A stretch of DNA of 63,944 nucleotides, the filler included, from Saprolegnia diclina VS20 (lineage: Eukaryota): assembly GCF_000281045.1 (NCBI RefSeq). It is 4 parts of 2 records of this genome, joined end to end, with 100 filler letters (N's around TTAATTAATTAA, not from the genome) between each part and the next. Parts side by side here need not be neighbours in the genome. Positions count along the whole stretch, not along the records: positions 18,486 to 46,718 come from NW_008246101.1; 3 more parts are not named here. One strand, 5' to 3'. Shown here piece by piece: positions 22,195-33,162 of the stretch (its first letter is position 1; each line of letters begins with the position of its first letter). The translations under genes and the position numbers were made by a program. The notes under the pieces were generated by a model. The model did not search any database, had not been told where the DNA came from, and saw nothing but the letters and a program-made list of their open reading frames with translations.

Positions 22195-22375
22195 CGAGCC
22201 AATCAGGTGACGCCGATGCGCCCTGCTGCCATCTGATTGGCGCGTCGGTCACTGGCAGCCACCAGTAACCAATCATCGCGCCGGAAATGGTGACGAAACA
22301 GTCAACGAACTGACTCAAATGGGGATCCGCCTAGGCGCGTCACGAGCGCGGATCGTGGACCGAGCCAATCAGCGC
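22195..22375. promoter_or_regulatory. Cluster of CCAAT boxes in a divergent promoter
   Basis: agccaatca, ctgattgg, aaccaatca and agccaatca lie between the divergent SFC1 and Zn-finger starts. Confidence 0.5.
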
Positions 22376-22772
22376 CAAGTTGAAGTGGCAAAAGATCGCG
22401 CGGGCCAAGCCGCCGCAACATCTTGTGGTCGACGGCAAACGCAGCGACGCCTTTCATATTCTTCAAGCGTGACGACCAAACCAGAAACCAGTTCGATTTG
22501 ATCCAACGACACTTGAGAGTCCTGCCCAGATTCTAGCATCCAGTGCATCCGGCGCGCTCTGTTCCCGCATCTGATCCCACGTGGTGCGGCGTCGCAAATG
22601 CAAGAGTCTGTGAATCTTGGCGTCTGCTTTGAATCCAAGTCCCATCCAAAATGGCGGCTCATGGCGGCCTTCCGAGTCTTCTCGAGCGTCCAACCGACCG
22701 GTCAACGGCCGCGTCGTGTAAATTTAGAAGACGATGCAATCGCTCCGCCAACATCACATTTCGATTTTGAAA

Positions 22773-23111
22773 ATGGAGAAAGAGAGCGGGGAGCTGGAAA
22801 TGTGGGAATGCCCCACGTGCACACTCCGCAACACCCTCACGGCCGAAGCCTGTGACGCGTGTGGCACAACGAGTCCCTTCGTACTGGCTGCAATGGCGCA
22901 ACAAGACGCCGCCGCTGACGCCAAGGACATTGACGACGATGCGTCGTCGACGTCGACGCGACCTTCACGTGGCTCGTCCATCGAAGATGATTACAAGGCA
23001 GCGGCCCAGCTCGACCCGTGGGCACAAGCCGAAGATGAGTGGGCTGTCGTCGAAGCCACGCAAGCGACCAAAGTGAAACGCAAGGGCTCGGCCAAGACGT
23101 GCGAAGGCTAA
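22773..23111 (+). CDS. Small RanBP2-type zinc finger protein
   Basis: WECPTCTLRN...CDACG (W-x-C-x2-C-x3-N-x6-C-x2-C). Confidence 0.75.
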   Translation: MEKESGELEMWECPTCTLRNTLTAEACDACGTTSPFVLAAMAQQDAAADAKDIDDDASSTSTRPSRGSSIEDDYKAAAQLDPWAQAEDEWAVVEATQATKVKRKGSAKTCEG

Positions 23112-23504
23112 TTTGATCGAATATACCAGCACGACGACCTGGTGAGACTCTGGCGGCCGATGGCGCCATGTGGTCAGCGCAGGCTACTAGAATCTCGTGC
23201 ACGAATGGTTTGGATGCAAACGGAGCCCAGACGTCAGACCTTTGAGAGTTGAACGGAAGCAGGGCCTCCGAGGAAGAGGAGGGCACCATTGGAGCTCATC
23301 TGGGGCTTCACTTGTGGCGCCGGACAAGTCGCCACCCCTTCAAGATACCGTGGATGTACGTCTCGGTTTCATTGGCTATGTACGATGTACTAGTACGCTT
23401 GTATTTAAACTTGGAAATGTATTGGGTAGTACGGCTTGTACTGTACGGTACGGCAACGTTTGGCGATCCAACGCGACAATAAGATCTTACTTGGCAGGAG
23501 CAAG

Positions 23505-24803
23505 ATGATGGACACGGAAGCGACGGTCGACTTTTTCTCGCTGCACAGCCGCAAGAAGCGCGATGTGGACGTCGAGATGCTCGACTATGACTACGTCGAG
23601 AAGTGCACGGACGCGGACTTGCTCAAGAACATCCTCGCCGTGCTGCAGTCGGGCAAAGAGGGCAAGTACCCGCAGCTCGAACGCGCGACCGAAGCCCAAC
23701 TGCTCAAAGTCCTCCCGAAAGCCGAGCGTGACCGCATCGAACGACTCCAGTCTCAGCCGTCCTATTCGGACATCGACTCGGAGAAGGCGGCGCTTGCGTC
23801 GTGGGAGCGCGACATGGAGCGCAAGCTGCAGCGGCTCGACGACGAAGCCCAGCGCGTTTCTGCACCACGGAATCGTCCGGCGGTGCGCGGTCGAGCGCAG
23901 CCAACAGACGCGTCACCGTCGCCGCTGATCCAAGAGGTGACAACCTCGAAGGCCAAGAAGCAGGCGATTCCTGCGTACGACTGGCAGTCGTGGGAAAAAT
24001 ATGATGTCGAAGCCGCCGAGCGCGAGCTGGATGCGGAGGAGCAACGCAAGCAAGACGACGCACGCCGACAGCGCGACGAACTTCAAGCGCGAACCGCGCG
24101 CCGCATGAAGGAGGCGCAAATGCCACTCTCGGTCGACCTTGACGTCCTCACGCTGACCGAGCGCGAGGTATACGCGCTCCATGAAAAGACCAAGGGCAAC
24201 GAGTGCTTCAAGCTCGGCGAGAACGACGAAGCGATCTTGTATTACTCGCGGAGTCTTGCGTACGACCCGACCAGTGCGATCGTGCATGCCAACCGCGCGC
24301 TCACGCACCTCCGCCTCAAGAACTTCGCCAGCGCCGAGGATGACTGCAGCAGCGCCATCCAGCTGGACCCAACGTACACGAAAGCGTGGTCGCGTCGGGG
24401 TATGACGCGCTTCCGCCGTGGCAAGTACGCCGACGCCGTCAGCGATTTTACGCAGGCGCTAAGTCTCGAGCCAAGCAACCGCGAAGTTGAAAAGCTGTTG
24501 AAAAAGACAGAGGAAAAGTGGCTCGAAGTGGATGGGACGCGCGGCGGGACGCTCGTGCCCGAAGCACCCCCGATGGCGCCAGCAACGACGACCTTTAAGC
24601 GGTTCGAAATCATCGAAGAAGACGAAGACGACGCCGAGGCCGTGCAATCGGCACCGACGACGTCGCAGCCGTTCAAGCGCTTCGAGATCATTGAAGACGA
24701 CGATGATGAAGATGACGATGATGATGAAGATGATGAAGATGACGGCAAGGTTCACGGGATCAAGCCAAGAGACGTGCCACGTTTCGAAGTGCTAGAAGAC
24801 TAG
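23505..24803 (+). CDS. SPAG1: SPAG1/RPAP3-like TPR co-chaperone
   Basis: N-terminal LDYDYVEKC...LAVLQSGKEGKYPQL motif typical of SPAG1, DWQSWEKYDVE, and a carboxylate-clamp TPR (KTKGNECFK...ANRA...KAWSRRG). Confidence 0.8.
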   Translation: MMDTEATVDFFSLHSRKKRDVDVEMLDYDYVEKCTDADLLKNILAVLQSGKEGKYPQLERATEAQLLKVLPKAERDRIERLQSQPSYSDIDSEKAALASWERDMERKLQRLDDEAQRVSAPRNRPAVRGRAQPTDASPSPLIQEVTTSKAKKQAIPAYDWQSWEKYDVEAAERELDAEEQRKQDDARRQRDELQARTARRMKEAQMPLSVDLDVLTLTEREVYALHEKTKGNECFKLGENDEAILYYSRSLAYDPTSAIVHANRALTHLRLKNFASAEDDCSSAIQLDPTYTKAWSRRGMTRFRRGKYADAVSDFTQALSLEPSNREVEKLLKKTEEKWLEVDGTRGGTLVPEAPPMAPATTTFKRFEIIEEDEDDAEAVQSAPTTSQPFKRFEIIEDDDDEDDDDDEDDEDDGKVHGIKPRDVPRFEVLED

Positions 24804-24874
24804 GCGCGCATTGGGGTGTATTGGCAAAGACTTGTGTATATAGCAGTATGCATATCTTATCGTCTCGCGTTGCA

Positions 24875-25339
24875 TTAGCCTTGCATGTGCACAACGCCAA
24901 GGCCGGGCTTGGCCGTCGATAAATAGTACGCGCGCGAGTCGCCCATCGAGAGCACGGCGGCCTTGACGATGTCGCCGGGATGGAAGAGGTCTTCGAGCAC
25001 AATCTTGTCAATGTCCATGGGCCGGACGTCTTCCTTGCGCAGCGTACCCGCAAACGGCTCGCGGAGCACGACGTCGTCGCGAACCGAGAGGATGTCGAGG
25101 AAGATTTGGGTCGTCGTGAGCTTCGTGACCTTGCAAATGACCGTGTCATCGAGCTGGAGCACATAGTCGGTCGCGATGCGCTTCCCGGCCGGTCGCCGGA
25201 CGATGATCGCGTTGCCGACCGTCGCCGACGTGCCCGCCACGGAGGCGAAGATGCTTCCGTTGAGCACATACGTTCCGTCGCCCGCGGTCGTTGCGTCGCT
25301 CACGGCGCCCAAGCGCTGTCCTGGCAGCACCACCGACAT
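24875..25339 (-). CDS. CSL4: Exosome complex component CSL4/EXOSC1
   Basis: VVLPGQRLG, GDGTY, F.GTLRKEDVR, FHPGDIVKAAVLS, YYLSTA...LGVV. Confidence 0.92.
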   Translation of the reverse strand: MSVVLPGQRLGAVSDATTAGDGTYVLNGSIFASVAGTSATVGNAIIVRRPAGKRIATDYVLQLDDTVICKVTKLTTTQIFLDILSVRDDVVLREPFAGTLRKEDVRPMDIDKIVLEDLFHPGDIVKAAVLSMGDSRAYYLSTAKPGLGVVHMQG

Positions 25340-25666
25340 CTTGTTGAATCCAAAGGAGTGACCGCCACCGAGCTCAAACGGTTCACAAACCGCAAAGTAG
25401 CGGTTAGACTTCAACGTCAACCGTACTTAAGCGGCATTGTCGACGGTACTTAAGCCGTACATTCAACTCCAAAATTGGATCACCGCCAGGGAGATAGCTA
25501 GCGCAGCGGTGGTCGACTGCTGCGCCGGGGTCGTGGCAGGCAGGGCACTGAAACAACGTGAGGCACCCCATGCTTGGGCTTCTGCAGGCGCGTCGCAGAA
25601 GAGAGAAGAACAATGTTGATGGTGGATTTTGACGGTATTTACAGAGATATGGTTGGGAAGCGGGCG

Positions 25667-26083
25667 CTAGTTGTGGCGGAAGAGCGTTATGCACTTCTTG
25701 CCAACGTTAAATTTGATGAAATTCTTGCTCTCGTACGTAAACGACACCTTGTACTCGGACCCGACGATGCAATGCCACGTCGGGCCGTACTTTTCTTCGA
25801 GCCAGAGCTAATCGGATCATTGGGCGGCGTTGGATCGATGCGTCGTCTACCTTGAGGTGCTTGGAAATGTCCTTCTCGTCCGTGTACTGCTCCATGGCAA
25901 TGCTGGCCTGCATGAGGACATCGCTCTACAACCACAGCTCTAGGAGACGTCCAGCGTGATCCTAGCACCTTCATATCGCCATGCTCGTCCACTACATGGA
26001 GGGCGCCATGAGCTACCTAAGCCTTGGGCTTGCATGGACGTACTGTCGGTCTCCATTTGCTTGTTGTTGTCGCGGCTCGTCAT
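25667..26083 (-). CDS. Dynein light chain LC8-family protein (4 exons)
   Basis: Spliced: MTSRDNNKQMETDMDEHGDMKSDVLMQASIAMEQYTDEKDISKHLKLWLEEKYGPTWHCIVGSEYKVSFTYESKNFIKFNVGKKCITLFRHN*. Contains the KYGPTWHCIVG signature. Confidence 0.9.
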
Positions 26084-26487
26084 GTTGCTGCCGGGCAATC
26101 TGCGATCGAAGTGAACCGTCGCGATCCGAAGATCTTGAATTTACCTGTATCAATCAATATGCGTATTTTACTCAATTTGGGAGACTTGATGGTTCTAGAA
26201 CAATCTTTTTGGCCAATCCGAACGAGCGATTTCTGCACCAACCAAGCATCAGCCCACAAAGCGGGAATAAAAACAAGTTCAATTTAGGACTATTTTAAAT
26301 ACCTAACTTCTATTCTTTATACAAAATACAAGATAATAGAGTTGGAGGAGAGAACAAATACAAAGAAATATGTCATTAAAATATGCCACCGCGTCATAAC
26401 GGTTAAATTACGGTGAATCCGGTTAATTTGATGAGCTAATTCGGGGATGGAGGACCCCACTTTCTTTCCAGGAGCACCCCGAAGACC

Positions 26488-27147
26488 ATGCTCGCCCGCC
26501 ACGTTCTGACCAAGTCCCGCGCCATTGCGGCCGCCAGCGCCAAGCGCTCGTTCTTTCGCTCGTCCTTGGTGATGACGGAGAAGAAGGAAGGCGAAGGCGA
26601 GACTGCTGCGCCTGCCGCCGAAGAGGCTGCCCCGGAGGACCCCGTTGCCGCCCTCACGGCCGAAGTCGAGGCGTTGAAGGCCAAGAACGCCGAGCTCAGC
26701 GACAAGGTCCTCCGTGCCTTGGCGGATGCTGAGAACGTGCGCCGCATCTCGCGCCAGGACGTGAACAACGCCCGCGAATTCTCCATCTCCAAGTTTGCCA
26801 AGAGCCTCTTGGACGTCTCGGACAACCTCAAGCGCGCTCATGAAAGCATCACGCTCGAGGAAATGTCGCCGGAACACAGCTTGGTCGCGATCAAGTCGCT
26901 CCACGAAGGCGTCGTCATGACGGACAAGGAGTTGCAGAAGGTCTTCAACTCGTACGGCATCAACAGCGTCGGCGCGGTCGGCGACAAGTTCGACCCCAAC
27001 TTCCACGAGGCCATGTTCGAGTACCCGGACGAGAAGCAGACGCCTGGCACCATTGGCCAGCTCTTGAAGGTCGGCTACTCGATCCACAGCCGCTGCTTGC
27101 GGCCGGCGCAAGTGGGCATTATCAAGGCCCCGCCCGCCCAGCAATAA
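26488..27147 (+). CDS. MGE1: Mitochondrial GrpE nucleotide exchange factor
   Basis: Basic targeting presequence, RALADAENVRR, FDPNFHEA, GY....RCLRPAQV. Confidence 0.95.
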   Translation: MLARHVLTKSRAIAAASAKRSFFRSSLVMTEKKEGEGETAAPAAEEAAPEDPVAALTAEVEALKAKNAELSDKVLRALADAENVRRISRQDVNNAREFSISKFAKSLLDVSDNLKRAHESITLEEMSPEHSLVAIKSLHEGVVMTDKELQKVFNSYGINSVGAVGDKFDPNFHEAMFEYPDEKQTPGTIGQLLKVGYSIHSRCLRPAQVGIIKAPPAQQ

Positions 27148-27220
27148 GCACCTCACGTTTCGTAGATTTTCCCATGTTATAGACCCTAATGCACCTTTGA
27201 CGCTATTCAACCTCATATTC

Positions 27221-28513
27221 CTAGTGGCCTTTGACGTTGAGCACGGTCTTTGCATGGGCCACAATGTCGGCGGTGGGCGCGAGCGCCGACGCAATCAGGT
27301 CCGCGTCACGGTACGCCGACGGCCGTTCATCAAGCGTCGCCGGCAGTACGCAGGTCGAATATACGTCGCCCATCTCGGCGACAAAGCCGCGCATGGCGGC
27401 CGCCACGCCGCGCCCTTTCTGTGCGGCCCCCGCGCGCTTGCGCGCCCGCAGCCGCCCGCAGCCATGCGGCCCCGAGTAGTTCCACGACGCGTTGCTGCGC
27501 CCGCGACAGATTAGAATGCCGTCGCGCATGTTGAGGGCGACGACGCAGAGCTCGTCAGCGTGGCACCGAATCGCACCCTTGCGCAATACGAGGTCTCGGA
27601 AATCGATGTAGTTGTGCGTCGACTCGATGACGCGCGTCGCGTCATACGTCGCTGCCGTCGCATGCGAAAGCACGAGCGACAAGATGGCGCGGCGGTTCAT
27701 GCGCGCATACGTCTGCGCCCAAATCATGTCGAAAAAATAGGCCGCGGCGGCCGCGCCCGCCAGCGCGCCACTGTGCGGCTGGACGCCCGTGATGTCGTCG
27801 TCATCACTGTGGCTGCGTGGTTGCGGTGCGCCACCACCCGCCGCTTGCTCGTAATGGTACCGCGCAATCTTTTGGCCAATGTTGCGGGACCCCGTGTGGA
27901 CGGCCAGGTACACTTCGTCGGTCGCCTCGCAGACGTTGACTTCGATGAAATGGTTGCCGCCGCCCAATGTGCCGAGTGCGCGAAGGTCGTAGTCGTAGTC
28001 GGACCGCGTCCGAGCGCAGAGAGCGCGCAAGTACGCGTCATTGTACGTGGGCATGTATGGCGTCAGGTCGAGCTGAAACTTGGCGCCAAAGGCGTCGACA
28101 AAGGCAACGGCGTCAACCTGCGCCTGGGCAAAGAACGGAGCGTACTGCGCCGGCGCAATCACTGGCGTCGCATGCACGCGGTCGTGGCCATTGCCCATGG
28201 GCACGACCTCCTGGATGACGCGATCGAGGCGCGCGAGCGACTGCTTCTTGGCGATCGCTGACGACGGCAGCGGGTGCAGCGCAACGCCACAGCCAATGTC
28301 TCCGCCAACGAGTCCCGGCAAGACATGTGGGGTCAAGTGGCACGTAAAGCCGACGCAGCACCCGTTGCCTTTGTGGGCATCCGGCATGATGCGTGCATGT
28401 GCGACCGAGGCATGGGCCGCGATCGCTTCAATCTGCTTGAGCGTCTCGCGATCGAGATGGTCCTTCTCGAGGAACACGACGGCGTCGTTGGGAGCTTGGC
28501 CGATGGTAAACAT
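27221..28513 (-). CDS. rtcB: RtcB RNA ligase, bacterial-type, intronless
   Basis: MPDAHKG, VGGDIGCG, GTLGGGNHFIE, HTGSRNIG, HNY, RKGA, PHGCGR, DERPSAYRD. Confidence 0.92.
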   Translation of the reverse strand: MFTIGQAPNDAVVFLEKDHLDRETLKQIEAIAAHASVAHARIMPDAHKGNGCCVGFTCHLTPHVLPGLVGGDIGCGVALHPLPSSAIAKKQSLARLDRVIQEVVPMGNGHDRVHATPVIAPAQYAPFFAQAQVDAVAFVDAFGAKFQLDLTPYMPTYNDAYLRALCARTRSDYDYDLRALGTLGGGNHFIEVNVCEATDEVYLAVHTGSRNIGQKIARYHYEQAAGGGAPQPRSHSDDDDITGVQPHSGALAGAAAAAYFFDMIWAQTYARMNRRAILSLVLSHATAATYDATRVIESTHNYIDFRDLVLRKGAIRCHADELCVVALNMRDGILICRGRSNASWNYSGPHGCGRLRARKRAGAAQKGRGVAAAMRGFVAEMGDVYSTCVLPATLDERPSAYRDADLIASALAPTADIVAHAKTVLNVKGH

Positions 28514-29259
28514 ACGTGGCTTGCTGATACTGTTACTTGTTGCGAAATGAAAGAGTGAAGACGAAGGAGCGCTCCATGCGAGCAAGCCATGCGGAAGCAA
28601 GCGCGAACATGCCCACGGACACGAGAATGATGGCAGCACCATCACTCACCTGCCACAAACCTCCCGCGCCGGTTTGCCATCGGTCCAGGTCGAAACCGAG
28701 GAGTCAAGGTGTCACAGGCTCCAAGAGGCGATGCTTGTACGCGATGAAAGAACCCGTGCCATTGAAATGTGCAGTCCGTTTGGCCGGCAGCGACTGCTAA
28801 GAACTTAGTCGAGAGCGTACGGCGAGCCTCGTGGAAGCTAGATTCGCATAACGTGTTACACTGCTTCCATTCGTTTGCCTTTTAGTCGATTGGAGTCGAC
28901 TACGTACAAACGGCTGCCACCCACGGTAGCTACTACATCGCAAGTTGAATGGTATCGCGTGATAATACGGCAGTTGAAGGAAACTGCTCGTCCGGACACG
29001 TTGCAAACTACGAACAGTTCGTATAGAAAGGAATATAGATATGGCGTTTGTCGTCTCTAGACCCCTGGTCCTTACTGGCATTCATCCCGAAAGCAGCCCG
29101 CGGTGTATCCGACTAATAGCAATTCGTGCGACCCTTGAAAGATTTGGCGCCAAAAATGGCACGTGAAACACCTTTTGCTAACGTTCGCGTAAGTCCGCTT
29201 CGCACTTAATCGGCGCGCCCCACTTGGTTCGTTCGCAGTTCGGATCTCTTCCCGCCACC

Positions 29260-32200
29260 ATGCCCACGGTCCACATCGCGGGCGTGCCCGTGAGCTTCCC
29301 CTTCACGCCCTACGAGTCGCAGCTCGTGTACATGGAGAAGGTCATCATGGCCCTCGAGACGAAGCAGAACGCGCTCCTCGAGAGCCCCACGGGCACGGGC
29401 AAGGTACGGCGACGACGACCTCGCTTGACCTCATGCGCAGGTAGACGCTCTGCCTCCTCTGCGCGACCTTGGGATGGATTGCGCACCGCAAGAAGTCGCT
29501 GGCCAAGACAAGCGCCAAGAAGAAGACCGAGAAGCTCGAGTACGAAGACCTCCCCAACGACGAAGGCGACGCGAACGAAGACGACGACGACGTGTTGCCC
29601 AAGATCATCTACTCATCGCGGACGCATACGCAGCTCAAGCAGGTCGTGAAGGAGCTCAAGCAGACCGCGTACAAGCCCAAGGTCGCGATCCTTGGCTCGC
29701 GCGAGCACCTCTGCGTCCACCCCGAGATCTCCAAGATGCGAGGAACCCAGCAGAACCACTCGTGTCGCCAAGCCGCCAAGCAGTTGCGGTATCCATGCTT
29801 CCTCTTCATGCCCCGAGGTGGTGATGGCATGGCATTAGTTGCATCTTCAAGTCGGGCTACGACCAGTCCAAGAAGGGCGGCAACCCGCGGATCATGGACA
29901 TTGAAGAGCTCGTGACCGTCAACCGAGAGCGACAGGTCGCCTCGTCGTCCTTTTGCGGTTATCGGTATCAACGCACGACGTAGATTTGCCCATTTTACGC
30001 CAGCCGCGACATGCTCTCGAAGGCCAACGTCATCTTCATGCCGTACAACTACCTCGTGGACCCGCCCCTCCGCGCGTCCCTCGGCGTCTCCCTCGAGAAC
30101 GCCATCCTGATCTTTGACGAAGCCCACAACGTCGTATGTGCTGCCATTGTCATCACAGACAAAGCATGTCTCTATGTAGGAGTCGATCGCGAGCGAGGCA
30201 GCGTCGTACAGCCTCTCGACCGAAGACATTCAAGGCTGCATCAAGGAGGCCCAGGAGTGTCATCGCATGATTGCGACTTCGCGCTACGTGCCCGAAGAAA
30301 GCTCGTTCCTCAGCGCGCAGGTCACTGGTTCCTCTACCTGCAATCGACGCTCATACGATGTATAGTCGGTGACAACGCTCATGGAGCTCCTCATGGAGAT
30401 CGAGCGAGGTCTGCTGTCGTTCCCCGTCTCCAAGGATGGCGGCTGCACCAAGGTAGTCTCAGCGCCTTGGCTTTGTCGAGACGAATATGGTTGCCTAGCC
30501 GGGCGAGTACATTTTCGATTTCTTCAAGGCGTTCAACATCTCGTTCGACACGGCGCCCATGGTTCTCGGCATATCGGAGCAGGTGATCGAGGCCATCACG
30601 GACGGCGGCAATGCGAGCAACCCGCGCAACTCGAAGCTCGAGAGCCTCGTCTCGTTTCTCAAGACGATCTTTCGGGACAAGGACAACCACCACAAGGTGT
30701 CATGACCTCGCTTATGGTACCAGTGTTCTGATGCAAGCCTAGATGACCAAGCAATTCCGCGTGCACATTCAAGAGGAGTAGGGCAGCGCGCTTGCGTCGT
30801 GTATTGAGGTAGCACCATTAGGACCCAAGTGACGCGACGATACCAGTCGGGGCCGACCGTCACCAAGACGATGCGCTGGTTCCACTACTGGTGCTTTCAC
30901 CCGGGCGTCGCCATGCAAGAAATTTACGACCAAAAGGTGCACAATATTATTCTCACGAGGTACACCCGACTGTATCGAGCGTCTGCGTCATCGCATTGAA
31001 CTTTGGATAGCGGGACGCTTTCGCCGCTGGATACGACGACCAAGGAGCTCGGGATTCCTTTCCCCATTCAGCTCGAAAACTGTCATGTGGTTGACGCGTC
31101 GCAAGTGTGGCTTGGCGTCGTGGGCGTCGGCGTCACAGGGAAGCGCCTCAACAGCAGCTACCAGTACCGGAGCTCGGTCGAGTACCTCGTCGAGCTTGGC
31201 AACACGCTCATCAACTTTGCTCGGCTCGTGCCAAATGGCCTCCTCATCTTCTTCCCGTCGTACACGATCATGGACCAATGCGTTGCGCATTGGCAGCTCA
31301 AACCCGCCAACCAGCAGCCGTGCATTTGGGACCGCCTCTTGCAGCTCAAGGTAATCCCAACTTTTGCAGCCAAAGCGACGTCGTATCCCAAGTTAACACT
31401 CTGCGACAGACGATCCACGTCGAGCCCAAGAACCGGTTCGAATTTGCGGACGTTGTGACGGCGTACCATGACGACATCAAGTCGAGTCCGCAAGGCGCCA
31501 TCTTCATGGCGGTCTGTCGCGGCAAGGTCAGCGAAGGCATTGACTTTTCCAACGAGAACGGACGCGCGGTCGTCATCACCGGCCTCCCGTTTGCACCCAT
31601 CAAGGACCCCAAGATTGTACTCAAAAAGGAGTTCTTGGACCAAGCGATCGTGCCCCCCGGCGAGTCAGTACGTCCTGACTAGAACGACAAAGCACGTCCT
31701 TATTGACAATATCCGGAGTAGAAACTCACGGGCAACAACTGGTACGTGCAACAAGCCGCGCGCGCCGTCAACCAAGCGATCGGTCGCGTGATTCGCCACC
31801 GGCACGACTACGGCGCGATCATCCTCCTCGACGAGCGCTTTGGCTACGCGCAGCAGCGTGGCACGCTCTCCAAGTGGCTGCAGTCGTACTGCCACAACTT
31901 CAACAGCTACGGTACGACCGTATATACTCCATACGTCCCGATAGATCTCACTTTTTGAATCGATAGGCGAAGCCCATGGCACGCTTGTCCGCTTTTTCCG
32001 CTACAACAAGGACAAGTACGCGACGACACCGATCCCAGCGACCGTCGGAAAGGCGCCACTTCCGTTCAATCCACCCAAACGCCTCGAGGCGCCGACCCCC
32101 GCGCCAAAGGTCGCCGTCGCGCCGCCGCCGCCAAAGGACGTGACGGCCAACAGCCAAGTGGCAATCGGCGATGGTCAGTCGTACGTCAACCCCAAGCTCT

Positions 32201-32939
32201 TGACAAAGCCAGTAAAACCTCCTGCGCCAGTTCTACCAGGTACACGTGTCGTCTAGCTCCTTTGGCATTCTCAAGGCTGCGTAGCGCCGAGTGTCAAGGC
32301 ACCCGTCGCTAGCGGGACCACATCGCATGCGCCGTCGTTGCGCAATGTGTTGGAGAAGCAGGTCGTGTCGGCGTCGACAGCCACCGTGCGCCCTGCGTCG
32401 TCGTCGCTCGAGTCGGTGGTGCAGAACGCGCGCGCGATTCTCTCGCCGCAAGAAATGAACGAGCTCTTATCGCTCATCCGAAACGTACCCAAGGCGCCGG
32501 AAGACATGCCCGAGATCGCGGCCATGCTGGGACCATACCCCGAGCTTTTGGACCCGATTGTCGCCCTCCTCCCGCGGTCGTACCAGAACTTTGGCGCTGT
32601 CTCGGTGAACGACGCGGTCCAGGCCATGGCCAAGTCGGCCCAGCGCCAGAAGCGCAAGGCCGCGTCGCCTGTGGTCGCGATCCCCAACCCGCAGTGCAGC
32701 ATTTGCTTTGACGTGCTCGACATGTCGCACGCCGCACCTTGTGGCCACATTTGCTGCGACCGCTGCTGGAAAAAGGTGCTTCTCCTTCGTCTTTGCCCGA
32801 GGACTTCATCCAATGGTGCTAGTTGGAGTCGCAAGGGGCGATTGTGTGCCCCGTGTGCAAGGCGACGTGGCCCATCAAGTCGCTCGTGCGCATCCAAGCC
32901 AAGACCAAAGTGAGCAAGCTCAACGCCCGCGCTCTGTAG
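29260..32939 (+). CDS. RTEL1: RTEL1/FANCJ-like Fe-S DNA helicase with C-terminal RING finger, multi-exon
   Basis: [66 protein letters not shown]...CGH.CC..C|...CPVCK. Confidence 0.9.
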
Positions 32940-33162
32940 CTATTCGTCTGGCATCGGCCGCTTCGTTAACGCCCTCAAGTGAAGTTCCTCCCGAAAAAAC
33001 ATGCTTTTGCGCGTCTCCAAGACGGTAAAGAGTACTCGCATTATTGTACACGACGGTGCTGCTTGTGATCCTCTTGGAGCCCACGAACACGATGTGACAA
33101 TGCATTTTGTATGCAGACGACCACCCCAGAAGGGGTCGCGAGGTTAATAATTACGAAAGCTC

